Source of the DNA: Candidatus Bathyarchaeia archaeon
GTDB taxonomy: Archaea; Thermoproteota; Bathyarchaeia; Bathyarchaeales; Bathycorpusculaceae
Assembly: GCA_041481365.1 (NCBI GenBank)
Contig: JBGPBS010000001.1
Span: 13,063 to 77,062, forward strand
Length of the DNA: 64,000 nucleotides
Reading direction: 5' to 3'
Shown: positions 35,141 through 44,535 of the stretch, piece by piece
Position numbering within the stretch: position 1 is the first letter of the stretch
Layout of the letters: every line of letters begins with the position of its first letter
Notes under the pieces: generated by a model
Databases searched by the model: none
Told to the model about the DNA's origin: nothing
What the model saw: the letters and a program-made list of their open reading frames with translations, nothing else
Translations under genes and position numbers: made by a program

Positions 35141-37942
35141 CTAGCCCACGAGCGCTTCAGTCTTCTTCGATTCAACGACTTGCTCTTTAGGAGGTTCTGC
35201 TTGAACCTGAGGCCCTTCAATTTTCCTTGGTTCGGGACATTTCAACATTTCCTCCTCTTTCAGGTTGAGACCTCCTTTGGCCGTACCATCTTCCATGTAC
35301 GTAACGGTGAAACCCATCTTTTTCATGAGGTTTATTGCCCTGTAATTATCCGGCAACATGATAGCAAAGAGGCCTTCAATTTTCATGTCCTTGCAGATTT
35401 CAATCGCATAGTCCACCAGTTTCGTTCCCAAGCCTAGGCCTTGCCATGGATCTGCGACGATGAAGGCAATTTCGCCAGTTTTGCCATCAGGTTCAAGACT
35501 CACCCTGACAACGCCCAGTATTCTTCGCCGTTCGTTTTCGGTCATTTCGGCAACGATGGCAATTTCCCGGTCATAATCGATATTGCAGTATCGAACTCTC
35601 GTCTCATGCGGCGTATCCTTGATTATCTGGAAAAACCTGTAGCGAATCGATTCTTCCGAGAAACTCTGGAACATTTCCAGCCAAAGATGTTCATCCTCAG
35701 GCTTGATAGGCCTCAACATCACGTGGCGTCCATCCCTGAGCTTCCACGCGGTTTCATACTTCTTCGGATAAGGAGTAATGACCAGATGCTGATGAGGCCC
35801 AAGCTTCTCAAACACTTTGTTCTTGTCCACGACGATGCGTGCGTCGAAAGCAAATGCCTCAGTGTCATTTATGAAAAGAGGGTTGATGTCAACCTCTTTC
35901 AGCTGTGGAAAATCGATAAGCATCTGGCTAAAATGCACCATAATCTCCTCAAGCAGCTTAATGTTTGCAGCTGGAACGTTTCTGTACCCCTTTAGGAGCT
36001 GATAGACCTTCGTTTCCTCCATGATTCTTCTAACTAGGGTCTGATTCAACGGAGGCAACCCAAGCGAAAAATCTTTGAACAGCTCGACGCCTATGCCTCC
36101 CATGCCGAAAAGAATGACTGGCCCAAACAGCGGATCCGTTTTTGCTCCGATTATCACCTCATAGCCATGCTTCTTGATCATCCGCTGCATGGTTACGCCT
36201 AGGATTTCAGCGTCAGGTCTATACTGCTTGGCGCGCTGAATGATCCTCTCATAAGCCTCGCGGAGTTCAGTTTCATTGTTTATGTCAAGTACTACTCCGC
36301 CCGCATCAGTCTTGTGAACTATCTGAGGAGAGAGAATCTTCATGACAACGGGATAACCCATATCTTTTGCGAAGGCAATAGCTTGCTCCACATTCTGAGC
36401 GACTTTTGTCTTCACCACAGGAAAATTGTAGAACTCGAGGAAAGTCTTTGCCTCAGCCTCATTGAGTATTTCACGATTCTCCTTCGCCATATCCCTCATC
36501 ATGACCATCAGCGGCCGCTTCGGAGGAGCCACATCCACAGGGAGCTCTTCAGGCGTCTCATACAGCAGTTCAAGGTTGCTCTTGTACTGGTACATGTACA
36601 TGTACGTTTTAACGGCCTGCTCAGGCGTCGAATAAGTTGGAATGTTGTTCTGATTGAAAACACGATTAGCCTCTTCTACGGTTCCGTAGCCCATAAAACT
36701 AGTCAGAATAGTCTTGTTCTGATAGGTCCGACTCTTGCAAAGCTCAGCGATGGTTCGGGCAATTTCAACGGGTTCGCCCACGGCCTGAGCCGTATAGATG
36801 ATGAGGATACCGTCAATGTTCTCGTCGTTCAAACAAGCTTCAACAGTCGCCTTGTACCTGTCTGCTTTTGCATCTCCTAGAATGTCAATAGGGTTGCCTC
36901 TGCTCCAGTAGTGAGGCAGAAAGCTGTTTAGCGTTTCCATGGTTTTGGGACTCAGCCTAGCCATTTTCCCTCCCCTGCCTATGATTGCATCTGTGGCCAT
37001 CACACCAGGTCCGCCGGCATTCGTGATTATGGCTAAGTTTGGCCCTCGCGGAAGCGGCTGCGTGCCCAGAACCTCCGCACAGTTGAAGAGATCCGCGATT
37101 TCATCCACACGTACGATGCCAGCACGTCTGAACGCTTTGTCGTAGATTATATCTTCGCCAGTAAGCGAACCAGTGTGTGAAGCAGCAGCTTTGGCGCTTT
37201 CGCCGAACTTGCCAGCTTTTACGACGATTATAGGCTTGGATCTAGCGAAATGTCTCGCGGCGCTCATGAACTTGCGGGCATCCGTTAACCCTTCAACGTA
37301 CATTAAGATGCTCTTGGTCTTCGGGTCTGTTCCAAAATAATCAATCAGGTCTCCGAAATCAACGTCTATCATCGAGCCTATCGAGACGAAATTGCTGAAA
37401 CCAATGTTCTCATGCATCGCCCAGTCCAGTATAGCAGAACCGAGTGCACCGCTTTGGCTGATAAAAGCTACGTTGCCGGATTTGGGCATTCGGTTTATGA
37501 ACGTTGCGTTCAAACCAATGCTGGGACGAACGATGCCTAGGCAGTTCGGTCCTATTATTCGCAGGCCATATTTGCTCTTCACCTCAAGAATTCGCTCTTC
37601 GAGGATCTTGCCTTCAGGACCTATCTCCTTGAAACCCGCGCTTATTATGATCAAGCCCATTATTCCAGCTTTTCCACACTGTTCCACTATGTCTGGAACG
37701 GTTCTTGCAGGCGTGGCAATCACCGCCAAGTCGACAGGTTCACGAATCTGCTCCACCGAAGAATAGGCTTTGTAACCCATGATTTCGGTCTTACGAATGT
37801 TGACCGGATAGACGTCCCCTTGAAACTTGAGCTCGATGAGGTTCTTCATCAAAGCATAGCCGACTGTTCCATCTTCATCGCTTGCGCCGACCACTGCTAT
37901 GCTCTTGGGGTTGAAAATCTTGTTCAGATTCAGAGTAACCAA
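35141..37942 (-). CDS. ADP-forming acetyl-CoA synthetase (alpha+beta fused) with a C-terminal GNAT acetyltransferase domain (Pat-like architecture)
   Basis: 933 aa. CoA-binding N-terminus IAVVGASDEDGTVGY, phosphohistidine loop AAASHTGSLTG, ATP-grasp region. GNAT loop DPWQGLGLGTKLVDYAIE near the C-terminus. Confidence 0.88.
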   Translation of the reverse strand: MVTLNLNKIFNPKSIAVVGASDEDGTVGYALMKNLIELKFQGDVYPVNIRKTEIMGYKAYSSVEQIREPVDLAVIATPARTVPDIVEQCGKAGIMGLIIISAGFKEIGPEGKILEERILEVKSKYGLRIIGPNCLGIVRPSIGLNATFINRMPKSGNVAFISQSGALGSAILDWAMHENIGFSNFVSIGSMIDVDFGDLIDYFGTDPKTKSILMYVEGLTDARKFMSAARHFARSKPIIVVKAGKFGESAKAAASHTGSLTGEDIIYDKAFRRAGIVRVDEIADLFNCAEVLGTQPLPRGPNLAIITNAGGPGVMATDAIIGRGGKMARLSPKTMETLNSFLPHYWSRGNPIDILGDAKADRYKATVEACLNDENIDGILIIYTAQAVGEPVEIARTIAELCKSRTYQNKTILTSFMGYGTVEEANRVFNQNNIPTYSTPEQAVKTYMYMYQYKSNLELLYETPEELPVDVAPPKRPLMVMMRDMAKENREILNEAEAKTFLEFYNFPVVKTKVAQNVEQAIAFAKDMGYPVVMKILSPQIVHKTDAGGVVLDINNETELREAYERIIQRAKQYRPDAEILGVTMQRMIKKHGYEVIIGAKTDPLFGPVILFGMGGIGVELFKDFSLGLPPLNQTLVRRIMEETKVYQLLKGYRNVPAANIKLLEEIMVHFSQMLIDFPQLKEVDINPLFINDTEAFAFDARIVVDKNKVFEKLGPHQHLVITPYPKKYETAWKLRDGRHVMLRPIKPEDEHLWLEMFQSFSEESIRYRFFQIIKDTPHETRVRYCNIDYDREIAIVAEMTENERRRILGVVRVSLEPDGKTGEIAFIVADPWQGLGLGTKLVDYAIEICKDMKIEGLFAIMLPDNYRAINLMKKMGFTVTYMEDGTAKGGLNLKEEEMLKCPEPRKIEGPQVQAEPPKEQVVESKKTEALVG

Positions 37943-38133
37943 GACTGTAACCTTCCTATTCTAGAGTCGTCTTGTCTTGAGGCGAAAATTAAGCTTTACG
38001 ACTTAGAAATACAATTTCAGCCCCGCGAGGATGCCAAGCCTTTGAAAGATCCGGCAGGCTTCGTATTCAGGATTTAAAGCGGCCAAGTGGAAAGAAGAAA
38101 CGTTATAAATTGAAGAGGGCATATTTTCAGTTC

Positions 38134-38409
38134 ATGCCGGACAAAGTTCACTGCGCACACATTCTAGTCAAGACAGAAACAGAAGCTAAAACAATTCTCG
38201 AACGCCTTAGCAAAGGTGAAAAATTCTCGAACATAGCAAAGGAAGTTTCATCGTGCCCGTCCAAGAAGAACGGGGGGGATCTCGGAACCTTCGGTCGAGG
38301 AAAAATGGTGAAGGAATTCGAAACCGCAGCTTTCGCTATCAACAAAGGACAAATCTCAGGCATAGTGAAGACAAAATTCGGTTACCATATTATCAAAAGA
38401 CTGGAATGA
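38134..38409 (+). CDS. Parvulin-type peptidyl-prolyl cis-trans isomerase (single domain)
   Basis: HCAHILVKTE..., GGDLGTFGRGKMVKEFETAAF, KTKFGYHIIKRLE. The ATG at 38134 is preferred over the TTG at 38110. Confidence 0.88.
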   Translation: MPDKVHCAHILVKTETEAKTILERLSKGEKFSNIAKEVSSCPSKKNGGDLGTFGRGKMVKEFETAAFAINKGQISGIVKTKFGYHIIKRLE

Positions 38410-38597
38410 CTATCAAGATCAAATACGGATAAACACCCAATTGGACCGCGGAAACCAAGGTGCTCGTTATCATCTTCTACATTCAGGGCAACTAGTGCAA
38501 CAAACGCGCTAAACTTGACGTGAGCAAAGAGGTAAAGAGCCTGTTAAGGTTCATGACAGTTGAACCAATTCAGAAGTGTTGGAGGTGAGAATAGATT

Positions 38598-38747
38598 ATG
38601 GCTAGGGATCCCATTTGTGGAATGAATGTGGACGAAAAGACGGCTAAATTCAAGTCTGAACACAGGGGCAAAACCTTCTACTTCTGCGCCCAATCGTGCA
38701 AGGCCACGTTCGACAAGAACCCTGCAAAATATTCCAGCGGAAGCTAG
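38598..38747 (+). CDS. YHS-domain mini-protein (49 aa, below the ORF-track cutoff)
   Basis: My translation: MARDPICGMNVDEKTAKFKSEHRGKTFYFCAQSCKATFDKNPAKYSSGS. Paralogous to 5363-5506. Confidence 0.78.
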   Translation: MARDPICGMNVDEKTAKFKSEHRGKTFYFCAQSCKATFDKNPAKYSSGS

Positions 38748-38778
38748 GGAAAAAGATCCGATCCCCACCGATCGCACC

Positions 38779-39423
38779 CTAGGCAGAAGCAAGTATCACG
38801 TGTTCCAGAAACAGATCTTCCGGCAGAGCGCCCACAAACTCCACTTTCTCATTTATGACAACTTTTGGAACGCCCACTACCCCGTACCTGAGAGCCAAAT
38901 GCGGAAACTCGCCCGCATCAACAACGTCCGCCCTTATCAAGTCATTTTCTATCGCAAACTTATGGGCCGTAGCTGCCGCCACTGGGCAATGTGGACAAGT
39001 CAGAGTCACAAAAACCTGAATGTGAACCTTAGTCTTGACCTCTTTGAGAAGCTCTCTGGTCTTATCTGAAATGTCGGTTCTTTCTCTCGAAACGTTCACC
39101 AAGGCTTCCGTTAGGGTTTGGAACTCGTAGCCAAAGGGAAACCCGAAATATCTAACTTGATGATCCTTTTCACCAATGATAGCGATCGCAGGAACTTTGT
39201 CTATCCCATACTCCTTAGCCTTGTCAGCGTCCGCGACAAAATCATAAATTTCAACTTTGATCTTTTCATTCAGTTCTGCCACTTCTTGAACTAGTTGTCT
39301 TGTCTCCGCGCAATATTTGCATTCAAGCTCCTGAGTAAACATGAGTATTCTCACTGGTTTTTCCAGTTTTTTGGCAAGTTCATTCTTCAGGTGTTCCTTG
39401 TGCTCAGCGGGTATCAAACTCAT
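38779..39423 (-). CDS. Protein disulfide oxidoreductase with two thioredoxin folds (archaeal PDO type)
   Basis: 214 aa with two CxxC sites: ECKYCAET and TCPHCPVAA. Confidence 0.85.
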   Translation of the reverse strand: MSLIPAEHKEHLKNELAKKLEKPVRILMFTQELECKYCAETRQLVQEVAELNEKIKVEIYDFVADADKAKEYGIDKVPAIAIIGEKDHQVRYFGFPFGYEFQTLTEALVNVSRERTDISDKTRELLKEVKTKVHIQVFVTLTCPHCPVAAATAHKFAIENDLIRADVVDAGEFPHLALRYGVVGVPKVVINEKVEFVGALPEDLFLEHVILASA

Positions 39424-39905
39424 TCATATCAGTCCACCTAACTTTCTCTAATCTTGCTAATGGTTCCTCAGTCACTGTGGTACAAATGCTTTTTGACTCT
39501 TCCCATCTTCCATTTGGGCTGAGTTGGTTCTAGTGGACTCCGACGCGTCTGCAAAGGCTAACTCCGGAAGCCCACTAAGAAAGAGTACTGACGCATTGAC
39601 CACGTCTGCGAGGTGATGAGTGCGAAGACGAAGCTTTTGGCAGATGCAAAACAGAATACAACTTAAGACTTGGGAACCATAGGTCGGAACACATTTCGAG
39701 TGGTCGGCTGGCGCATGACTAGACATTATTGCTTGTTGTTTTCTCATGCGCAAAAGACCGAGGCTTTGATAAGGGTTTTCATCTTCTTTTGGACGAACGG
39801 ACGCCGAAGTGTTATGGGAGAAAGGAGAGGATATCCATAACAGAAACTACTGTGATTGGCATCCGTTCATTGTCCAGAGGATGAAACAAATGCCTCGGTT
39901 CTCTA

Positions 39906-40106
39906 TTAAATCACTCCTGTTCCTCCACCACCGCTGCCCGGATCATTTGGACGAACCATACCCGCCTCAATGAGGCGTGAACCGGGACTTAGGTCAACCC
40001 CAACATGCTGACCGAGGCTAATTCTGGGAAATGCTACGGTGATCGGTGAAATAAGCATCAGGCAACTAAACGCTAAAAGAACGATAATCACCATCAGTAC
40101 CCTCAT
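39906..40106 (-). CDS. Hypothetical small secreted/membrane protein
   Basis: 66 aa. Hydrophobic N-terminus MRVLMVIIVLLAFSCLMLISPITVA and Gly-rich C-terminus. A promoter-like element sits 42-49 nt upstream. Confidence 0.45.
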   Translation of the reverse strand: MRVLMVIIVLLAFSCLMLISPITVAFPRISLGQHVGVDLSPGSRLIEAGMVRPNDPGSGGGGTGVI

Positions 40107-40133
40107 GGTCCCCTTCCTCCGACGATTGACTCA

Positions 40134-40166
40134 ATGACCAATCTTTCTTATAAATTTATTGGTCAT
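40134..40166. promoter_or_regulatory. 9-bp perfect inverted repeat ATGACCAAT-N15-ATTGGTCAT bracketing a TATA-like TTATAAAT
   Basis: Read directly. Lies in the divergent intergenic region between 39906-40106 (-) and 40257-41426 (+). Confidence 0.6.
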
Positions 40167-40256
40167 AGTGGCATTGAGAACACAAAAACGCTTTTATTCT
40201 CGTGCGATTTAGTAGTTTGATGTGCAAGCTTCGGATATGGTTGCCGGTGTCTCTGC

Positions 40257-41426
40257 ATGAGCTATGTACGTCTAGTTCCTTCGTTGAACGAGTATGCACA
40301 GAAGTTCAGGTTGCTCGACCCGGTGGACTTCGAAATCATAAAAGTCATGCTTGAGCAAGGCTTTTCGAACCTAAGCAAATTATCTAGTTCCACTGGAATT
40401 CCGAAACAGACTCTGAGCTATCACTCCAGAAAGCTTGACAAGCAAGACATTGTTCGTTTCAGAGCTCTTATTGATGAACCCAAATTGGGTTTGAAGAGCT
40501 TCGTAGTCATAGCCTCTGCCCCTTTGGGAAAAGAAGATAGCTCAAGCAGAGCAATGACTTGCTTCCCTCTCTGGAGATACCTTGCAATCGTGGACGGATG
40601 GAAACGTGGCAATTTTGTGCGCTACGTTATTCCTCCAGACAAAGAAAGAGATCTGAACACTTTTCTGAACGACATCAGGGAAAGGAACATCGTTTCAGAT
40701 TTTCAGATTTTCCCAACAACAAGCCCCAACTATCCGCTATTGGACTTGGACTTCTACGGCAAGAAAGAAGGCTTTCCACTTTTTGATTGGGACAAATGGA
40801 TCAAAGACTTCGACACTTTCCCAGAGAGGGATCTAGTCGAGCCTGCCAACTATGAAAAGGCCAAGGTGGACTTGTACGATCTAATAATCTTGAGATGTCT
40901 TGAAATCAACGCCAGGACAAACCAGAGAAAAATCGTTAAAGAAATAGCGAGAATCCTAAAAGAAAAAGAAGATGCAAGGCTGGTCTCCCTGGTCTCGCGG
41001 CGAACAAGAGACTTGGTCGCGCACAGACGTCTCATTAGAGGATACCGTGCTTACCTTTTCCCGAACCCAATTCCTTCAACACTGCTTCTCATGTACCAAC
41101 TAACGTTTGCAAACAGCGTCAGCCTAAGAAGATTCCTCGCAGGGCTGAACCATCTACCCTATAACACAGGCTACGAGAAAATTCTGAAACGCGACGAGAT
41201 ATTCGTTAGGTTCATAGTACCTGCTTACGAAAGCACAAATTTGTGGAAATCGATGACCGAACTAGCCAAAAGAGGCTATCTCAAAGAAGCACATCTGCTC
41301 CTTGGAGATTTGGAGCGCAAGACCTGGGACAACGTGGAAATCTACCAGATGTTCAAAGGCGAAACATGGAACTTCAGTTACGGAATAGCGGTAGACGCAC
41401 TAGAAAAAACTGTCCTGCAAAAATGA
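40257..41426 (+). CDS. Putative transcriptional regulator with two winged-helix (Lrp/AsnC-like HTH) modules
   Basis: FEIIKVMLEQGFSNLSKLSSSTGIPKQTLSYHSRKLDKQDIV and a second DLIILRCLEINARTNQRKIVKEIARIL. The remaining 389 aa show no recognisable domain. Confidence 0.6.
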   Translation: MSYVRLVPSLNEYAQKFRLLDPVDFEIIKVMLEQGFSNLSKLSSSTGIPKQTLSYHSRKLDKQDIVRFRALIDEPKLGLKSFVVIASAPLGKEDSSSRAMTCFPLWRYLAIVDGWKRGNFVRYVIPPDKERDLNTFLNDIRERNIVSDFQIFPTTSPNYPLLDLDFYGKKEGFPLFDWDKWIKDFDTFPERDLVEPANYEKAKVDLYDLIILRCLEINARTNQRKIVKEIARILKEKEDARLVSLVSRRTRDLVAHRRLIRGYRAYLFPNPIPSTLLLMYQLTFANSVSLRRFLAGLNHLPYNTGYEKILKRDEIFVRFIVPAYESTNLWKSMTELAKRGYLKEAHLLLGDLERKTWDNVEIYQMFKGETWNFSYGIAVDALEKTVLQK

Positions 41427-41514
41427 CACCGTGGCAGCTATTCTAGAGTTCCTCTTCAGGAGATGGAGCCTCAAAGGCCGCAGAAACTGCTGATTCGGTT
41501 ACGATCCAATGTTA

Positions 41515-43602
41515 TCATGGGAAGGGACAAGTCTGCGATGGGCAACCCCCAGCGTATTCTGACTCAGCAGTGACAAATTTGCCTTTTTCCGTCTTTACTT
41601 CCCCTATGTACAAAACCTGCTCAGGTTTGCTCCCGTACCTGAAAACCGTCACTCCTTTGCATTTCAACTTCCAAGCAAGCTCATACACTTTTCTAACGTC
41701 CTCAACTGTCGCTTCCTGAGGCAGGTTAACGGTTTTTGAAACAGCGTTGTCCGTATACTTCTGAAAAACGGCTTGCATTCTGACGTGCCACTCTGGTTCA
41801 ATATCTAGGGCAGTAACAAAAAGCTTCTTGACATCATCTGGAACACCGTCAATGCTCTGCACTGACCCAGTCGCAGCAATTTTCTCCAGAAGCTCGGCAC
41901 TGTAGAACCCTCTCGCTTTGGCCACCGCTTCAAACAGCGGGTTAGTTTCAAAGAGCCTTGTTCCACTCAACACGTTCCTCATGAAGGATATTGCGAACAT
42001 CGGCTCGATTCCAGAAGAGCAGCCTGCGATTATACTTATGCTCCCAGTCGGCGCTATGGTAGTAATCGTCGAATTTCTCATGGCGCCGTACTTGTCCTTC
42101 CAGATGCTCCCGCCAAAGTTCGGGAATGATCCCCTTTCGCTACCAAGCTCAACGGACTCCTTGTGAGACTGCGTTTGCAAAAATCTCATCAGTTCCTCAC
42201 CTATTGCCAAAGCCTTTTCGGAATTGTAAGGGGCACCCAATTTTATCAGCAGGTCAGCGAAGCCCATTATTCCCAAACCTATTTTTCTGTTGGCCCTCGT
42301 TAACACCCGAGTTTCTTTCAAAGGATACCTATTAGCATCTATTACGCTGTCAAGAAAACGAACACAGTTTCGAGCAGTCTTCCCAAGTTTTTCCCAGTTT
42401 ATTTTTCTATCTTCGACCATTCTTGAAACATTTATTGAGCCTAGATTGCAGGATTCAAAGGGCAGCAGAGGCTGTTCTCCGCATGGGTTGGTAGCCTCTA
42501 TTCTTCCAACTTGGGGAGTCGGATTGTGCCTATTGATCTCGTCGATGAAGACCACTCCGGGGTCGCCACTCTGCCATGCAGATTTTGCCATCAGGTTCCA
42601 CACGTTCTTGGCTGGAAGGCTGCTTACTTTTTCTTTGGTTCTAGGGTTAATGAGCCAGTATTCCGCGTTTTCTTCAACTGCTTTCATGAAGTCATCTGAT
42701 GCCGCTACTGAGATGTTGAAGTTTGAGAGAAACCCTGCCTGGTGCTTGGAGGTTATGAATTCAACGATATCTGGATGGTCAACCCTCAAGATCGCCATCA
42801 TGGCGCCGCGTCTTTTTCCGCCAGCCTTTATGATTTCTGTTGAAACATCAAAGACGCGCATGAAACTCACCGGACCTGAGGCCACGCCCTTCGTCGACTT
42901 GACCATGTCTCCTTTGGGTCGGAGTCTTGAAAAATCGAAGCCAACTCCTCCCCCTGTCTGTTCGATCAAAGCCATATTTTTGACCGTTGTGAATATGCTC
43001 TCAAGAGAATCACCAACGGGCAGAACAAAACAGGCAGAAAGCTGTCCAAGTCTGGTTCCTGCATTAAATAGAGTCGGAGAATTGGGAATAAACTCCAGCC
43101 TGGACATCATCCCGTAGAATGTTTTTTCGCCCTCCTTAGGATCCTCGCCGTATTTGCTTTCAACTTTTGCTATCGACTTTGCAATTCTAATGAACATCTG
43201 AGCGGGGGTTTCAACGATCTTCTCGTTCAAGTCTTTCAAAAGGTATCTTTTTCTCAACACTTCCATGGCGTTGACCGTTAGTTTCGGCTCAATCCCAAGT
43301 TTTTCTCGAAGACTCCGAATCTCAGCCTTCTTCTTTCTGTAAGATTCATACTCAGAGGCAACCTTCTCGTAGCCTTCTCTTCTTAAAACACTTATTACAA
43401 GATCCTGAGCGTCTTCGACAGAGGGGATTCTTTCTATGAATTTCTCTTCTAGAAGGTGGACTATCTGTTTTGTAAGACTCTCAGCCTTCTGCCCGTCGCC
43501 TAGTTCAACAGCAAGAAGGGCCTTGTGAATCGCATCTTTGATTCGGGCAGAGTCAAAGGCGACGATTCTTCCGTCTCTCTTCTTTATTTTGGTAAAAGGC
43601 AT
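41515..43602 (-). CDS. nrdJ: Adenosylcobalamin-dependent (class II) ribonucleotide reductase with an N-terminal ATP-cone
   Basis: ATP-cone KIKKRDGRIVAFDSARIKDAIHKAL. Active-site TNPCGEQPLLPFESCNLGSIN. C-terminal redox Cys pair GGCPSQTCPFP. Confidence 0.9.
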   Translation of the reverse strand: MPFTKIKKRDGRIVAFDSARIKDAIHKALLAVELGDGQKAESLTKQIVHLLEEKFIERIPSVEDAQDLVISVLRREGYEKVASEYESYRKKKAEIRSLREKLGIEPKLTVNAMEVLRKRYLLKDLNEKIVETPAQMFIRIAKSIAKVESKYGEDPKEGEKTFYGMMSRLEFIPNSPTLFNAGTRLGQLSACFVLPVGDSLESIFTTVKNMALIEQTGGGVGFDFSRLRPKGDMVKSTKGVASGPVSFMRVFDVSTEIIKAGGKRRGAMMAILRVDHPDIVEFITSKHQAGFLSNFNISVAASDDFMKAVEENAEYWLINPRTKEKVSSLPAKNVWNLMAKSAWQSGDPGVVFIDEINRHNPTPQVGRIEATNPCGEQPLLPFESCNLGSINVSRMVEDRKINWEKLGKTARNCVRFLDSVIDANRYPLKETRVLTRANRKIGLGIMGFADLLIKLGAPYNSEKALAIGEELMRFLQTQSHKESVELGSERGSFPNFGGSIWKDKYGAMRNSTITTIAPTGSISIIAGCSSGIEPMFAISFMRNVLSGTRLFETNPLFEAVAKARGFYSAELLEKIAATGSVQSIDGVPDDVKKLFVTALDIEPEWHVRMQAVFQKYTDNAVSKTVNLPQEATVEDVRKVYELAWKLKCKGVTVFRYGSKPEQVLYIGEVKTEKGKFVTAESEYAGGCPSQTCPFP

Positions 43603-43672
43603 AAAGTGGTCAATTCAGATCTGGTTTGTTCAGGTATTAAAGTTTCGAAGAAGATATTCTCGAGTTGCTTCA

Positions 43673-43831
43673 TCATTTCTTGACAAACTGATCTTTTGGA
43701 GCCCCGCACAAAGGGCATGTCCAATCTTCAGGCACGTTCTCAAAAGGTGTTCCAGGCTTTATCCCGTGCTCTGGGTCGCCTACATCTGGATCATAGATGT
43801 AACCACAAATTGTGCATTCCCATTTATCCAA
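43673..43831 (-). CDS. Rubredoxin (52 aa, TTG start, below the ORF-track cutoff)
   Basis: My translation: (M)[51 protein letters not shown]. Both CxxCG knuckles are canonical. There is no in-frame ATG. Confidence 0.85.
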   Translation of the reverse strand: MDKWECTICGYIYDPDVGDPEHGIKPGTPFENVPEDWTCPLCGAPKDQFVKK

Positions 43832-44370
43832 CGCAATCGACCGCCTTTCACCATTGTTGACTTCAGAAATCTATTCAACTTTGTCTATTTAAACCGTGCC
43901 ACAAAAAACAAAGAAAAACATACACTCAAATTCTCTGATTCTGATTTGACTTTCGAGGTAGAAAAACATTGCTCGAAAGTTGAAACGATTACTGAGAAGA
44001 TCAAGGCATCCAGAAAGTAGCCCGCCCTCGTCAAAACTGATAGAAAGAAAAAGAACTTGTGAAGCCAGCTTCTCGCGAGGAAGCAGTGTAGATCAGGTTT
44101 TTGAGTTTCGCGATTAGTTCCTCCTTCATCTTTGGATCTGTTCGATTTCCTTCTTGACCTTTCTCCAGTCTGCGAAGCATCAGCCACAGCTCGATTGCTC
44201 GCCTATGCACCTGTGGATTATCTCATCAACCTTCTTTTCATTCTTCACCGAGATTTCTACTTCCGCTTCGTTCAAAATGTCGTTGAACCATTTCCAACAG
44301 GTCATTCCACCGCCATCTCATGTTTCTGCGATCGTGCAAGCAGCACATTTAAGATATACGGTTTATCGAC

Positions 44371-44535
44371 CTATTTCGTCTTCTTTTTCTTTCTCTCTCT
44401 GTATCGTTCTGCGCATTGCTCGCAGCAGAACAAGTACTGCTTTCCATCGACTACTGTGCTGTAGGCCGCAAGTCTGCATGTTTCTGAAGGAATCTCAGAC
44501 TTGCAGAATTCGCATCGGACAAATTCGGGCATCAT
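44371..44535 (-). CDS. TRASH/zinc-finger-like mini-protein translationally coupled to iscU (54 aa)
   Basis: My translation: MMPEFVRCEFCKSEIPSETCRLAAYSTVVDGKQYLFCCEQCAERYRERKKKKTK. The ATG overlaps the iscU stop (ATGA). Confidence 0.65.
   Translation of the reverse strand: MMPEFVRCEFCKSEIPSETCRLAAYSTVVDGKQYLFCCEQCAERYRERKKKKTK

Noticed and set aside
39472-39753. 93-aa ORF, and the possibility of a structured RNA (SRP or RNase P) in the 480-nt gap 39424-39905
   Set aside because: The ORF translation has no domain and odd composition. I looked for SRP helix-8-like GGAAGGGAGCA and RNase P GAGGAAAGUCC/ACAGAA..GGCUUA cores and found only weak partial matches (CCGGAAG, ACAGAAAC). There is not enough evidence for an RNA call.
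44126-44305. Minus-strand ORF MTCWKWFNDILNEAEVEISVKNEKKVDEIIHRCIGEQSSCG-TGA-CFADWRKVKKEIEQIQR, which would read through an in-frame TGA as a C-G-Sec-C selenoprotein
   Set aside because: The motif is not a known CxxU/UxxC arrangement. I saw no SECIS-like structure. Selenoproteins are not expected in this lineage. The flanking ORF has no recognisable domain. The 540-nt region 43832-44370 is better treated as non-coding until shown otherwise.
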